This document shows, in pieces, positions 26,710 to 40,155 of a stretch of DNA of 64,000 nt. The position numbers were made by a program, and so were the translations under genes. The DNA comes from Felis catus (Eukaryota): NCBI RefSeq assembly GCF_018350175.1, contig NC_058368.1, positions 219,420,001-219,484,000 of the forward strand. Reading direction: 5' to 3'. How positions within the stretch are numbered: the stretch's first letter is position 1; each line of letters opens with the position of its first letter. Below the pieces are notes generated by a model. The model was given only the letters and a program-made list of their open reading frames with translations. It was not told the origin of the DNA and did no database searches.

Positions 26710-27699
26710 AAAGTAAGATATAACTTTTAACTTAAACTGTATTTCACTGTGTCACTGCAAGTCAACTCTAATGACTCCTTAAATGTTTAACTTTCTCAAG
26801 CAACATTTCTTCCAGCATCCTCTGGTATATAGCACAAAGAAACCAGGGGCTGCATTATTGTTACTCTTGAGTTTTGTAAAACTTTAACATAAATATGTAG
26901 CCTGCATGAGAAAGCAAACAAATGATTGTGATTGTGTTTTTGAACTGAGCTCATTGGAAATTTAGGGAGACAATTTTTTTTGCTTTCATTTCTCCATAAA
27001 TATTAGAATAATTTATAGTTTGTGTGGCATAAAGTACCTATCCACAAAATGTGAAACCTCTTTTACTAGGTTTTTTGTAACTTAACACACTTGCATGAGA
27101 GTACCCATAGTTACTGCTTCTCCTGTAATTTCAAAAGAAAATACCTGCACTTAAAAACAAAACAATACAATTATTTTCTAGAAGCCAGAAATAAGCACTT
27201 CTAGATTTTAAAATCTGGAACAGGCATTGATTGCTTATATGGTCTTACTCCTCATTGGTTACTTTATTCTCTACAGGTAAAAACGAAGCCGTTTGGTTAG
27301 AAAACATTTTCTTTCCACATTGCCCGTAGCAAAAAATTTCTTTAATTCTTATTTCTATATCTAGAGCTGTATCTATAGCTTTCTCTATTTCTATTTGCCT
27401 GTCTCTCTGGACACATTTATGTTATCATACTAAAGTAACACTGTTCATCATCATCATCATCTTCATCAGCAGCATCATCACCTGCATAAGACTTCAGTTC
27501 CAACATTGGACATGCGAAAGCTTAGTCACATTTACAGCCCACAATGTGAACAGGTCCTGAATTGTCTCTCTGGGTCAATGAGATAATTAATTAAAAGAAT
27601 AAAGCTCAAAGGGAACCGAAGACAAACTCATAAAATTACAAAATAATCTTATGAAGGTTTTCTCTGTTATGTGTTAAAGCCATAAGTTTTCCATATTTA

Positions 27700-27874
27700 T
27701 TATTTTTTTAAACATGTTAATTTATTTTTGAGAGAGAGAGAGAGGAAAAGAGGATCGGAAGCAGGCTCTGCACTGACAGCAGCAAGCCCGATGCTGGGCT
27801 CTAACTCATGAACCTTGAGATCATGGCGTGAGCCGAAGTCAGGTGCTCAACAGACTGAGCCACCCACGTGCCCC
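27700..27874 (-). mobile_element. Can-SINE
   Basis: Reverse-complement SINE. Confidence 0.93.
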
Positions 27875-29439
27875 TAAGTTGTCCGTCTTTATAAAACAAA
27901 TCATTTTCTGTCTCTATTTTGAACATGTCAGGTTGCCTCTTAATGTAAAACAAGTGGTCAGAGCATATCATTTCTCATGCACAGCCCAATAGTCTGACTG
28001 AAAACAAAGATTACTTTGCTTCCCATTAAGCTATGTTCCCTCTGTCAACGAAAGTGCTTCTATTCTAAGAGATATTACTATTGATTTGCTTTTATTCTCA
28101 AAAGACTGCTAGGTTTTTTTTTCTTTGCAGTGCTATACACTGTATTATTTAAAATAAGCCTACAAAGCATTTATTATAATCCAAAATGGAGACAAATTGA
28201 AATATTGTGTTTAAGAGTTTAGAAATGTTTAAAATTTAGATAAAACCTTTGGATGATGTTATATTCACATTTTGTGCAATTGCTTTGGACAAAGTTTTTT
28301 TTTTTTTTTTTTCAGAATGGATAGTAAATGGATAATCATAAATATAGAAAGAAAACATATAAAAACATCTCCCCTGGTGAGTAAAAACCAAGAAACACCC
28401 CAAACACTTTTAGCTAAAAATTTCTAGTTCCTTCTCAATTTTAGTCTAAAACATAGTATACCTACTTACCCAAGATAATTGTGTATTATCATTAATCATC
28501 ATTCCTGAGACCATTTTTAAACTTTTTAAAATCACTTTTACTTAGGGCAAATGCATTGTTTGTAAATCTAACTCTCTCCACCCCAATATGATTATTTGAT
28601 GAACCTTTTTAATTCTAACTCTATAAAAATTATAAAATTGATACTTTTCCTAATTCCAATGCAACAATACAGAAGAGGTTCTAATTGTATCTTTCCTTCT
28701 CAGTACAACCATATTTTTTAGAGTTTTATGAGGTTTGCTAGGAACCTGGGGAATAGTTATAGATAATTTGGTCCCTTCCTCAATGAGATGAAAATCCGGT
28801 AGAAAAAAAGCAACATTTAAAGGTAAATACACTTATAGTTATTTAGTGTTTTGCTTGTAGGATGAATGAGGCTTTAGGGGAATGTGGATAAGGGAACATG
28901 GCAATTTAATCATAGAGGAGATGAAGGGGAATTTGAAAGATGTTATTTGATTATTGTTCATTATTTAATTTGTTATTGAAGGTGAAACTGATGAAACAAG
29001 AGACATGGCTATGTACAAATCCCAAAATCCCCTAGGTGATCTTCTCTCTCCCTGCTCTAGTCCTTCCTAAAATATATTTTTCTTAATCCATTTTTCATGT
29101 AATTATTCATTTACTAATCATCATTGATATTTCATTATGAAGAAGGCAGTAAATTAGATACCGAGATGTTATGGAAAATAAGTGATATTCAAACTTTCTC
29201 ACCTTGAATGCCTTCTGGTATTTTCCAGGAGACAATCAAAACAAAAATTACAAATAATCTGATGCCTGCAAGGAACAGTATAAGCACAGGGTACTATGAA
29301 GTTAAAGATGAGGGCATATGCCAATGTTAGAATCTAAGAAAGGCTTGCTTCAGAGATGAAACTAAAGGGAAACCCATAAAGCCGTGTCGCTCATTAGCTC
29401 GCAAGTTTTCCTGCTTATCTCTGTTTTGACAGATGCTAT

Positions 29440-29690
29440 CAAGTAGTGGTAAATTATTCTCACTCCAGAGTTGAGCGGATGGATCAACATAGTTTTACTT
29501 CCGTCACCAAAGAGCTTGGAAATCTCGGCCAAGGTTTTTAATCTAGCTAAGGCTGGGTTTCCTCATCTGGAAGATGGGATAATGATGGCTACTTCTTAAA
29601 CCTGCTGAAAGGATTAAATGAAACTGTGCTTATACACTTGGAGATTTGTTTTGCAATTATAAACTCCTAATAAATATTACCAGAGTTGTT
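29440..29690 (+). mobile_element. MIR
   Basis: tttcctcatctggaagatgggataat...aggattaaatga. Confidence 0.55.
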
Positions 29691-30132
29691 ACTGCTTGCT
29701 AGGTAAAATTCAAATTTTCTAACCTAATCTGATCTATTTCTTCTTTTAAATCATTGTAGCTCCTTCAGCATCCCCCCACCCTGCCCACACCTAGTGATTT
29801 GCCTCGATACATACAAAGTGACCAGCTCTCAGTTCTAGGAGAATTCTCCTTGTTCTATGCATTATTTAATTATTATTATTTTGCATCTACCCAGCTTTGT
29901 TTATATTGGTCATTCTGCCTCCAGGTTCTGCTTACAAAACCTCTTACCATTCAGATAGGCTTCAGGTGTTGCTTTTACTTGAGATACTCTTTGATTCCCC
30001 TGCTAGACAGACTCCCTAGCTTTAGAAAAGTCTTAACTCTTTATTTACACCTCTCTTTTACTATGGGTCATCATCTGTCTTGAATTATTTTTTTGTATGC
30101 CTTGTTTCCTTTTTATATGTAATTACTTTCTT

Positions 30133-30340
30133 TTTCTTTTTTAATTTTTTTGTGTGTTTATTTTTGAGGCACAGACCATGAACAGGGGAGGGCAGAGAGA
30201 GAGGAAGACACAGAATCTGAAGCAGGCTCCAGGCTCTGAGCTGTCAGCACAGAGCCCAACGCGGGGCTCAAACTCACAAACTGTGAGATCATGACCTGAG
30301 CCGAAGTCAGACGCTTAACCGACTGAGCCACCCAGGCCCC
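30133..30340 (-). mobile_element. Can-SINE with 15-bp TSD, inside an L2-like relic
   Basis: TSD TGTAATTACTTTCTT at 30118-30132 and 30341-30355. Confidence 0.97.
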
Positions 30341-30730
30341 TGTAATTACTTTCTTAAATCCAGGATCGTTTTGATTTTTATCTACAACACCAATGCTTAG
30401 CTCCATAACTCCCACATAGTAGCAAATGTATGATAAGGAAACTCATGCATAAGTTGAACATATACTGTGGATTATAATTTAAAGATAAACATACTACCAT
30501 AGAGTAATTCAAAGATTAAGTCTTTGAGGACACAAATGGTGTTTCCTTTTCCAGTGGACGATATTCACTATCTCTCCTTTAACAAAAGGCAATTTTCATT
30601 TTTAGAAGTATGAACCCTAAAGCAGTTTTTTTTTCCCTCAAACTGATTAATTTATTATCTTATTCATTTAATATGCACAACTGACCCCACCCTAGACTTT
30701 TTGGAGCTATGGTATGGACTTACATATTTA

Positions 30731-30933
30731 AAATTTTTGTCAACATTTATTTGGTTTTGAGAGACAGAGTGTGAGTGGGGGAGGGGCAGAGAGAGGGAGA
30801 CACAGAATCTGAAGCAGGCTCCAGGTTCTGAATTGTCAGCACAGAGCCCTGCATGGGGCTCGAACTCATGGACCAAGAGATCATGACCTGAACTAAAGTC
30901 AGCACTTAACCTACTGAGCCACCCAGGTGTCCC
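30731..30933 (-). mobile_element. Can-SINE
   Basis: TSD TGG(A/C)CTTACATATTT. Confidence 0.95.
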
Positions 30934-31655
30934 TGGCCTTACATATTTTAAAATTCTTCCTGAATGATTTGAATATGCACACCAGAGAAATCATTATAAC
31001 TAGAAAATACTGTGATGTGTTTATGTCTGGAGCCGTAAATTGATCACAAACCGGTTTTAAAAGGGAAAGTTTCATAAATACATTGAAAATAACTAGTATT
31101 TTTTCTTGAAAGTAACCACCATGAAGGAGACGTTACTTATTTTAAGATACACGAATTCTTATTTGATTCTTTTCTAATTGACTCTTGCTTTATAGTCATT
31201 TTAAGCGCCTATTATGTACAGAGCTTTGTATTGTACACTGAGATAAGTATAATGGAAAAAGTAAGAGATGCAGTATGTTACTGAGAAACAAAGTAGAACC
31301 GTCAGTACTTGGTGTATGATTAAGCACTCAAATGACTCTAAAGCAGTAGGTTTTAGGAATCATTAGTATAAGTTTAAAAGGTGAAATAATGGGGAGGATA
31401 GAATTGTTATTTTCCCTTTGCTTGGAGGATGTATACGATGTGTGCAAAGAGCAGCCAGTTCACCATTTTTATCACTAGGAGCAAAAACAGGAATGGACAT
31501 GGAAGATTGGTTGGCCGCTAAGGAACAAAGCTGTGTTTAATCTGAGAGTACTATATTTATGAAGAAACTTGCAAACAAATTACAGGGTTCAGACATGATT
31601 AAAAAGTTCACAAAAGGTGTACTAATTTAAAGCTGTTAAAAAACATATATTCTTT

Positions 31656-31860
31656 GAGGCATCTGGGTGGCTCAGTCAGTTGAGTGTCTGACTCTTAATA
31701 TCAGCTCAGCTCATGATCCCAGGGTTGTAGGATTGAGCCCCGAGCTGGGCTCTGTGCCAAGCGTGGAGCCTGCTTAATATTCTCTCTCTTTCTCCCTCTG
31801 CCCCTCTTTCCTGCTCATGCACGTGCTCTTGCTCTTTCTTTCTCTAATATAAATAAGGAA
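31656..31860 (+). mobile_element. Can-SINE (older)
   Basis: Head and CT tract. Confidence 0.9.
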
Positions 31861-31919
31861 ATATTACTTTACCCTGAATTCATTGGAACAAATAAAATTA
31901 AAAAAAAAAATTAACCATA

Positions 31920-32122
31920 GGGTGTCTGGGTGGCTCAGTTGGTTAAGCGGCTGGCTCTTGGTTTCTTCTCAGGTCATGCATTTACGGTTCCTGGGTTCAA
32001 GCCCTGTGTCAGGCTGTGTGCTGACAGCGCGAAGCCCGATCTGGATTATCCGTCTCCTTCTCTGCCTGCCCCTCCACTCGCGCTCTCTGTCTCTCTCGAA
32101 ATAAATAAACTTAAAAAAAAAA
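31920..32122 (+). mobile_element. Can-SINE
   Basis: Head, CT tract and A tail. Confidence 0.93.
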
Positions 32123-32914
32123 TAATTGAGCATTATGCTTGACATTTTAAATGCCTCACATGGTGGAGTGCTTCAAAGTGAACCAAAACTAATAGCCAGC
32201 CTGAAAGTGCTAATGGAATTATGCTAATAAATAGTATGTCTGCCTCTGCCCATTCTCTACCACCAGCAGTTTTCCTGTATGTGCCCTCAAACACTGGTGT
32301 GCCCTGCGTTACCATATCATGTCTGTGATTTTCCTCCACTCCATACGTCATTCCCAGTGGCCTGGTTGCTCTCTGGTGTCTTCTACTACTGATGGAAGCA
32401 TCGTTTTCTCCAGTCTGTGTTTGCTCATGGGATCTGGTGTTCCAAAGCTATTGAAACCACTGATGCCGCCACTAGTGAGTTAGCATCTTTGATGTATCAC
32501 ACAGCCTTTCAAAACTTCTGCTTCAGTCGAGGCCCATTTGTGTGTGTGTATGTGTGTTTCTTAAGAAAACAACTTGTTCGTAATCTCATAGTCAGTTATT
32601 GGCAAAACACAAAGTAGAACTTATGTCTTAAAATTCCCATCCTTGTGTTGTTTCTACCATGCTATCAAAGTAGTAAAAGGTTTTCCTTGCTATAAAATGG
32701 AAAGTTGGGCAATACAGTTGCATGAGTTTATTTTTTTATAATTAAATGAGGTAATACATGTAATATACTACTGTTGTATGATACACACTGCTTATTCTTT
32801 ATATAATAAAGCTACCATAGTTCTTTCACTAATACTGATTATTTGTAGGAGATGTTAGATCTGTTATTAAAAAGTTTTAAAGCAAATGGCTAAATATTAA
32901 TAAGCCTCATACTG

Positions 32915-33160
32915 ACAATAACTGTCATTTTTTGAGAATTTTCTAAGTGTCAGACACTGCTCAGAGTGATTTACATCTAGGGTTTTTCTTTATCATCATT
33001 AAAGACGAATTTTTTTTATGAATAATATTATTATCTCATTTTTAAAATGAGAGAACCAAGGCACAGAGAGGGTAGATAACTTTCTCAAAGCACAAAGCGA
33101 GTACGTTTGAGAGCCAGAATGCAAACTCTAGTATGGCCCCTGCCCCTCGATTCTAACCAT
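32915..33160 (-). mobile_element. MIR
   Basis: attattatctcatttttaaaatgagagaaccaaggcacagagagg. Confidence 0.65.
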
Positions 33161-34141
33161 CTCCCCCCTGGTTACCTACGCCATGTATGCGTTCCTGAAA
33201 GGAGAAAATACATGATCTACTTTTTTCTACTCCTGTTTTCCTTTTTGTAAAATTTCTATTTGCCAATGGCTATTTTTATTTGTTTCTTTTTCAGTGAGAA
33301 CATTGGACTAAAAATAAGTGGGTTTTAACATGTAATAGTACAGCAAATGTGCCATATTTTAAGCACTGTTTTATTAATATGTACAATTGAATTATCAAAA
33401 TTTGTTCATAAATTGTGTCATGGCGAAGAGAAAACTTGCATTGTACATAGAACAAGTTTTACTAAAATATCTAACCTACAAAAGTAACCATAAATTCCTT
33501 ATGGATATCATGTCATTCTCAACATTATATTGTAGTTTTTTTAATGCCTCCAATTAGAGAAATAAGGCATATAATAATATTCTGAAGCATATGTAGGATA
33601 TTTCTGTAGTAGACATAGAAAAATGGCCACAATGGTTGCCTCTGGGTATTGGGTAAGGGAATTCATGTGTCTGTAGTTAGAAAACCATCTTCATTGTACC
33701 TTGTACATTAATCGATACATTGTACCTTATTAGAAAGTATTATGAATATGAACTAATTTTTCAAAACAATATTTAGTTTAAAAAAGCTTGTCAGTCATCA
33801 TGAAGCCTACTGAGAATATGAGAAATGAAAGATTCCAAACTCTTAAATTGATCTTTATAGCATAAATTAACTCATTCGTTGTCTTTATATAAAGAGGGGA
33901 AAAAAAAAACTATTAAGTGAATGTACATATAAACACCATTTACTAAGCTTTAGTAAATTGAACAGATATTACCAAGAAAACTCTCAATAACATTTTTTTT
34001 TCCCATGTGGCTCTAACCTTAAGAGGAATTTTATATATTTTTAAAATTAATTACTAGCAAACCATGTTGAGATTGTGATATAAACCAATGTTCTTCAAAC
34101 TTGATTCAGGCTATATGAATTTTGAAAACTGTGAACTTTTA

Positions 34142-34359
34142 GGGGCGCCTGGGTGGCGCAGTCGGTTAAGCGTCCGACTTCAGCCAGGTCACGATCTCGC
34201 GGTCCGTGAGTTCGAGCCCCGCGTCGGGCTCTGTGCTGACAGCTCAGAGCCTGGAGCCTGTTTCAGATTCTGTGTCTCCCTCTCTCTGCCCCTCCCCTGT
34301 TCATGCTCTGTCTCTCTGTGTCTCAAAAATAAATAAACGTTAAAAAAATTAAAAAAAAA
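34142..34359 (+). mobile_element. Young felid SINE with 18-bp TSD
   Basis: Near-consensus with CpGs intact. TSD GAAAACTGTGAACTTTTA at 34124-34141 and 34360-34377. Confidence 0.97.
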
Positions 34360-34455
34360 GAAAACTGTGAACTTTTATATGACAGTATGGATATATTTAA
34401 TAAAATCATACACTTAAAGCAAAAAAAAAAACCCATCTTGTAACAAATTACTCTT

Positions 34456-34613
34456 GGGGCACCTGGGTGGCTCAGTCAGTTAAGCATCTGACTTCAACTC
34501 AGTTCATGATCTTGCGGTCTGTGGGTTCGAGCCCCACATCGGGCTCTGTGCTGAAAGCTCAGAGCCTGGAACCTGCTTCAGATTCTGTGTCTCCCTCTCT
34601 CTGTTCCTCCCCT

Positions 34614-34652
<39 letters not shown>

Positions 34653-34668
34653 TAAATAAACATTAAAA
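34456..34668 (+). mobile_element. Can-SINE
   Basis: TSD AAATTACTCTT. Confidence 0.95.
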
Positions 34669-34884
34669 AAATTACTCTTATGTTATTCCAGGACCCACTT
34701 TTCCATTGTGATCATTGTCACTGTTGAGCTTCTTTTAGGTTTCTAAAGCAAGAACAGAGGTAGAAATATTATATATCTAATGGGTTTTTCCAAGTGAGCT
34801 TTAAATGATATTGTGATGAATTATCTGAATTAATTGAAAGTTTTGCCGCATAGCAAAAAGTGAATCAAGAATTTACTTTGTTCT

Positions 34885-35346
34885 TTTTTTAATGTTGATT
34901 TATTTATTTTTGAGAAAGAGAGAAAACAGAGAACAAGAGAATATGAGTAGGGGAAGTGCAGAGAGAAGGAGACAGAGAATTCCAAGCAGGCTCCATGCTG
35001 CCAGCACAGAATTCAGTGCTGGCCTGAATCCATGAACAATGAGATCATGACCTGAGCCAAAATCAAGGGTCAGATGCTTAGGGGCACCTGGGTTGCTCAT
35101 TTGGTTAAGCATCCGTCTTGGTTTTGGCTTAGGTCATGATCTCACGATTCCTGAGATCAAGCTCCATGTCAGGCTCTGTGCTGACAGGGTGGAGCCTGCT
35201 TGAGATTCTCTTTTGTGTTCTCTCTGTGCTCCTCCCACACTCAAATGTGCTCACATTTATGCTCTCTCTCTCCCTCTCTCGAAATAAACAAATAAACACT
35301 TAAAAAAGAGGTGGATGCTTAACCAACAAAGCCACCCAGGTGCCCC
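34885..35346 (-). mobile_element. Can-SINE interrupted by a second SINE
   Basis: Body 34885-35080 resumes at 35322-35346; outer TSD TACTTTGTTCT. Confidence 0.92.
35081..35305 (+). mobile_element. Nested Can-SINE, opposite orientation
   Basis: Flanked by duplicated ...GATGCTTA. Confidence 0.92.
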
Positions 35347-38231
35347 TACTTTGTTCTGTATGTATTAATCTCTAAATAATTTCCATGTTAATTCTCAGTG
35401 CCATATTCACACTCAACCAATTAGTTGTTGTAAACCAAAATAATCCCTTGCATAGAATTAGTATGAATTTGAATACTATGAATTTTGTCAGTTTTGCTTG
35501 TAATTACTACTTTTGTGTTATAGTTTAAGTACAAATGTTTGTCATTTCACCAAAAAATCTCATGCTTAATTTATACATGTTCCAGTAACATTATTCTACA
35601 AGTTATTCACATCAATGTAGCAGCAGGAATTATGATAAGAGAAGTCAATTCAACCTAAAAGTTCACGAATAAATCTGAAATTATCTCTCAATATTTAGTT
35701 GTTGAGTGAGAGTAATATATCACGGTGATTTTTTTTTTTGCAGCTAAGATTAACATTTTAAAATGTGTTAGACCTCATGATATTAGGGATGTAACACCAA
35801 GAGACTAAGAGGCTTCAAAATAGAGCTTTCTGTGTCCCAAAACCTAGCGTGCATATCTGGTAGAAAAATAGCCTTTGGTATGTTTTCATGTTTATGAATT
35901 TGTGAATATGTGTATTTGTATGTCTGTATATATATATAAGTATATATTCCAGAATCAGACAGATCTTGCTGCTAAATGTAGAGATTTAATCCAAACATTC
36001 GGAGACGATGCAGCCTCAGAGAGAGTTCAGTATATCAAATCACATTTTCATAATGGTCCCATTTGGAAATTTTATCTTCACTGTGGGAAATTAATCCAGT
36101 CAACAGTGAACTATTGAGAATTAGTTAGGTGTAGAGCTCTGCTGCACATCAACTTTTACTGTTTAGCCCATGTTGCCAAGACACGTGGTTCTTTAATTTT
36201 GGTGTGAAAATGTTCAAGCTCAATCACTTCAAGTATCACTAAAGACAAGAAGAGCCCTGTATGTACTTTGACAAAGATAAAAGCAGTTTTAATGGTATAT
36301 TGGGCCACTTCCCTTAAATAGTCTAGAATTGATTTATTGTATGTTTTTTATCTAAACCTTTTATGAACCTATTATATTTTCAGCCCGTGTTACTTCCATA
36401 AGCACTCTATCTAATAAATAAAGTAGTTTGGCACTTCCCATTATTTGTCCTAAATTTATCTCTTTTAAACTTCAAAGGATGCCCTTAGACCTTGTGTAAT
36501 TGAAGTTTGTGGATAGCTTGGCTTTCACACTACCAACCTTCTTCATGATTTAATAGATGTCAGAGTATCCAGATTGAAGATTCTAATCTTTAAGGTCTTC
36601 CTATACAAAGCTGCTCCATTTCTTTAACAATAGTTTAGTTGTCTCTCTGTGAGCATTTTCTAGCTTTGCTATATTTCTTTGAGGTAACACAGTCAGCATT
36701 GTGTGAGAACCTTCAGGCAAGTGGATCATAGAAGTTCATAACACAAAGAGTGAGTATCTTAGAATATGAGTTCCAGTCTCGCCCTTTCCACCAATCAAGG
36801 GATCTTTAACACATGCCTTTATACTTCCTGCGTTTATTTTGTTTCCACCAAAAATTGGGCATTTAGAAGCATTGACTTCTAAGTTCCTTTGTGATGTTAG
36901 GATCTGAGAAATGAAATTACCAAATTATTTTTAAAAAAGAAAAAAATACTTTCGGATGTGGTTGACGAGGCCGGACTAACAATGAAATAATTTAGATTTC
37001 ACCTTTGTGTAGTGATTGATACGGTAGCCACATAATTTGATATACTAACATAGAAACCTTCTCATACCCCCATGACCACTCTTTTCAGTCTCGTGTCACC
37101 TCATTATAGCTTTGTTTAAATGTCTCAGAAATAGTTATGTTTTCCTCCCTCTCTCTTTAGGTTGTTTACTTGCAATTCAATAAAATAATTTTCAGTAATA
37201 GTTGGTAACTTTATATTGATTCATTTATATATTGAATGAAGCGGTGGGACAAAAATCCATACATAAAAATCTATGACCTCATGGAATTTCAGGGTGGGGA
37301 TCACACAAGAAAAATCTAAATGACAAAAATATTTAATATGGCTGATGGTAATAAGTGCTATGAAGGAAACAATGCAGAGGAGGGTGTTACTAGTCTAAAA
37401 GGGGTTCCTTCCTCTCAACAGGATGCTGCTTCTTTGATGGCGGGGTTTTGGTCCCTCCTGTACCTTGGAGCACCTAGTGAGCTCTCTGAAAAACAGTTGT
37501 TGTGTGGGTATCTGGCGATGTCCTGTTTTTTTCCTTCAACCTGCTGTTCTACTGTGATCATGAAGAAATGTTATAGAAATGTATTTTGCAGGGAAAAAGA
37601 GAGAACTTTCATTTCTCACTAGATAAGGTACAGTTCAGAAAATGCAAAAAATAGTTTTGAGTGATACATTTTTCATTTTCATCACTGATACAGTTGACAG
37701 TTTTGTGAAGAGGAAAAAAAAGGCACATGCTGTGAGACAAATCCCTAAAAACATATATGCGGTTATTTAAAAGTACAGCTCACCCTTCACTTGCATTTGG
37801 AATTCAGCAATGCCTTCTGCTTACTTTGTTTTTGATAGCTTTCCTTTTCTGCAAGGTAAGAGATACTCTGACCAGAGGGTTGTTTGATTTCATAAATATT
37901 TTTGTTCACATGATGCTTAAATGCTATTGAAACAGCTCCTGCAGGATCTGTAAATCTCTCTGTTTGGGGTTTTCTTATTCTCTGCCGCTATCTTTGCATC
38001 AGTTTCCTTTCACGTAACTTTGAGGTATTTGAAAAGAGAAGTTCTCTGATTGTTTAAATTATTTCTGATTTGAAAGAAATACTCTATTATAAGAATGCAC
38101 GTTGCAATGACATTCTCTTTTAAAATTTGTTATGCGATTTACATGTTTTGGGCTGTCACTCACTGCACATTTGTTCTCTTATATATTGTTATTACCTTTT
38201 ATCCTTATCGCGTGTCATATTTTATATGCAG

Positions 38232-38407
38232 TCATTAGACACTTTCATGCTCAAGCGGTCATTAGCTGTGTGCTCTCCAGCTGTTCACGACTGTTAAATA
38301 AAACTAGTTCCCCCATCGGGAGCGTGCCTGACTGGCTTCCCTGCATCTGCAGGAACCGCTGGCACGGAGTTGGCTATGAATGAACATGAAGAGTCTGCCC
38401 TGATCCG
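38232..38407 (+). other. CSRNP3: Putative 5' UTR exon 2 (alternative acceptor would start it at 38239)
   Basis: Pyrimidine-rich upstream tract, TGCAG| acceptor (38231) or ATTAG| (38238), CCG|GTAACT donor at 38408. Retains several CpGs unlike its flanks. 169-176 nt, similar to the recalled size of human CSRNP3 exon 2. Confidence 0.55.
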
Positions 38408-39253
38408 GTAACTTAATTTCCCAATCCTGTATCTTCTTCCTGGGTGACACAGAGGAAAGGGGAAATAGTACTCATTTCTGGAAGAGCCATACCATTTTTC
38501 TTCTTCTTTTCCATATACTTGGCATTATGAGCACAGCACTCTTTGAAGCTACCTCACATTTTTGTATGTCCTAGAAAGTGCCAGAACTAAGGTCAAATAT
38601 GCAAGTGCAAAGCTTTATTTAGTCTCAAAATCCTTTTTTTTTTTTTTTGAAATGGGAATAACTGAATTGGTACATTTCTATCTTTTTCATTTCTTTGAGT
38701 TTTACAAAATGGAATGATTCTAGGTAAAGCAATATTTAAAAAAATATGTGGATGTGGGTAAAATATAAATGTGACTTTAGAGGGTTCCCCGCCCCAACTA
38801 CCTGTATTTTTATGTCTTTGTAATTACAATACATGAAGCAATGTTTGGTATCTCAGAAATATTGAGAGCTGCCATACTACCGCCATGAATATATGTCTCC
38901 TCTGTCCTGGAAATTTTAAGTGCTGGGCGCCTGCAGAAGAGTAAGACATCCTGTGTATCCAAAAGTTTATATTAGCAGACTTAAAATACATCGTGATCAT
39001 CACTGTCAAAACTAACAGGGATTAAGAATGGTGATTCATTTTCTCATTAGAAGTAAGAGTGATTTGGCTAAACACATATCTGACTCTGCACACTCTCATC
39101 CATCCTAATGCATTCCAAATTTTCACAGCCTATCAGAATAGATCTTTTAATATCAACAGAGCTGAGTCTGTTACGGCTAGCTAGGAGAATGTCCCTTTTT
39201 CCCTCATGTTCCTATCTTCTTCTTCCTTGCAAATTGTCAAAGCCCACACATGA

Positions 39254-39259
<6 letters not shown>

Positions 39260-39296
<37 letters not shown>
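39260..39296. repeat. (TG)n microsatellite
   Basis: Directly visible. Confidence 0.95.
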
Positions 39297-39298
<2 letters not shown>

Positions 39299-39968
39299 TA
39301 TTCATCCACCAAGTGTACTCTTGCCTACAACATTCAAAAGCTGAAAAAATTTCACCACATTAAATGAATGTTTTGTTAAAAGTCAGCTGTGTCTTGTAGA
39401 ATTGTACTGACGTTTTTTCTGGAGTCTTAATTCTAACTGAATTGAGTAGCCTTCACATGGATCTCCTTGTTTCCATGCTTGCTCCACCTCAAACTAATCT
39501 CAGCCCAGGTACGTGAGATCATGTCATTCTTGTGTGCAAATGCCTCATTTGGCCTAAAAGCCAAAGACTTTGCAAGAACTGGCGAGGCCCCTCTATGGTC
39601 TGGTTCTCATTCTCTCTCCAAGCACATCTCCTGCTTTCCCAGGGCTGACACACCACCTCTGCCATTTTGGTTTCTAGCTGAGCATGTAACATTCTATTAT
39701 GCCCCTGCATTGGGTGGAGCTTTTGAATTTTTATGTCCCTTCTGGAAATGTTTCCATATATGCATATAAAATATGTATATATGTCACATACCTATTTTAT
39801 ACATATCTATTTGATATATTTGATTTTTACACATGTGTATTTTACATACATCTATCTATGTGTGTATATATGAGGCCAGATTCACTCTTCTTTCCTTTGG
39901 GTCTTTACGCAAACCCGACCCCTTCATAAACGCTTTCCCTGATATCCCTATTTAAAATAGAAATCCTA

Positions 39969-40155
39969 GGGGGTGCCTAGGTGGCTCCGTCGGTTAAGTG
40001 TCTATTATTTTCAGCTCAGGTCATGATTTCATGGTCATGAGATCGAGCCCCGCATCAGCTCTACACTGGGTGTAGAACCTGCTTAAGATTCTCTGTCTCT
40101 GTCTCTGTCTCTCTGTCTCTCAAAATGACTGACTGACTAAATAAATAAATAAAAT
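39969..40155 (+). mobile_element. Can-SINE inside an L2 relic (~39450-40475)
   Basis: TSD TTAAAATAGAAATCCT; L2-like flanks. Confidence 0.9.
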
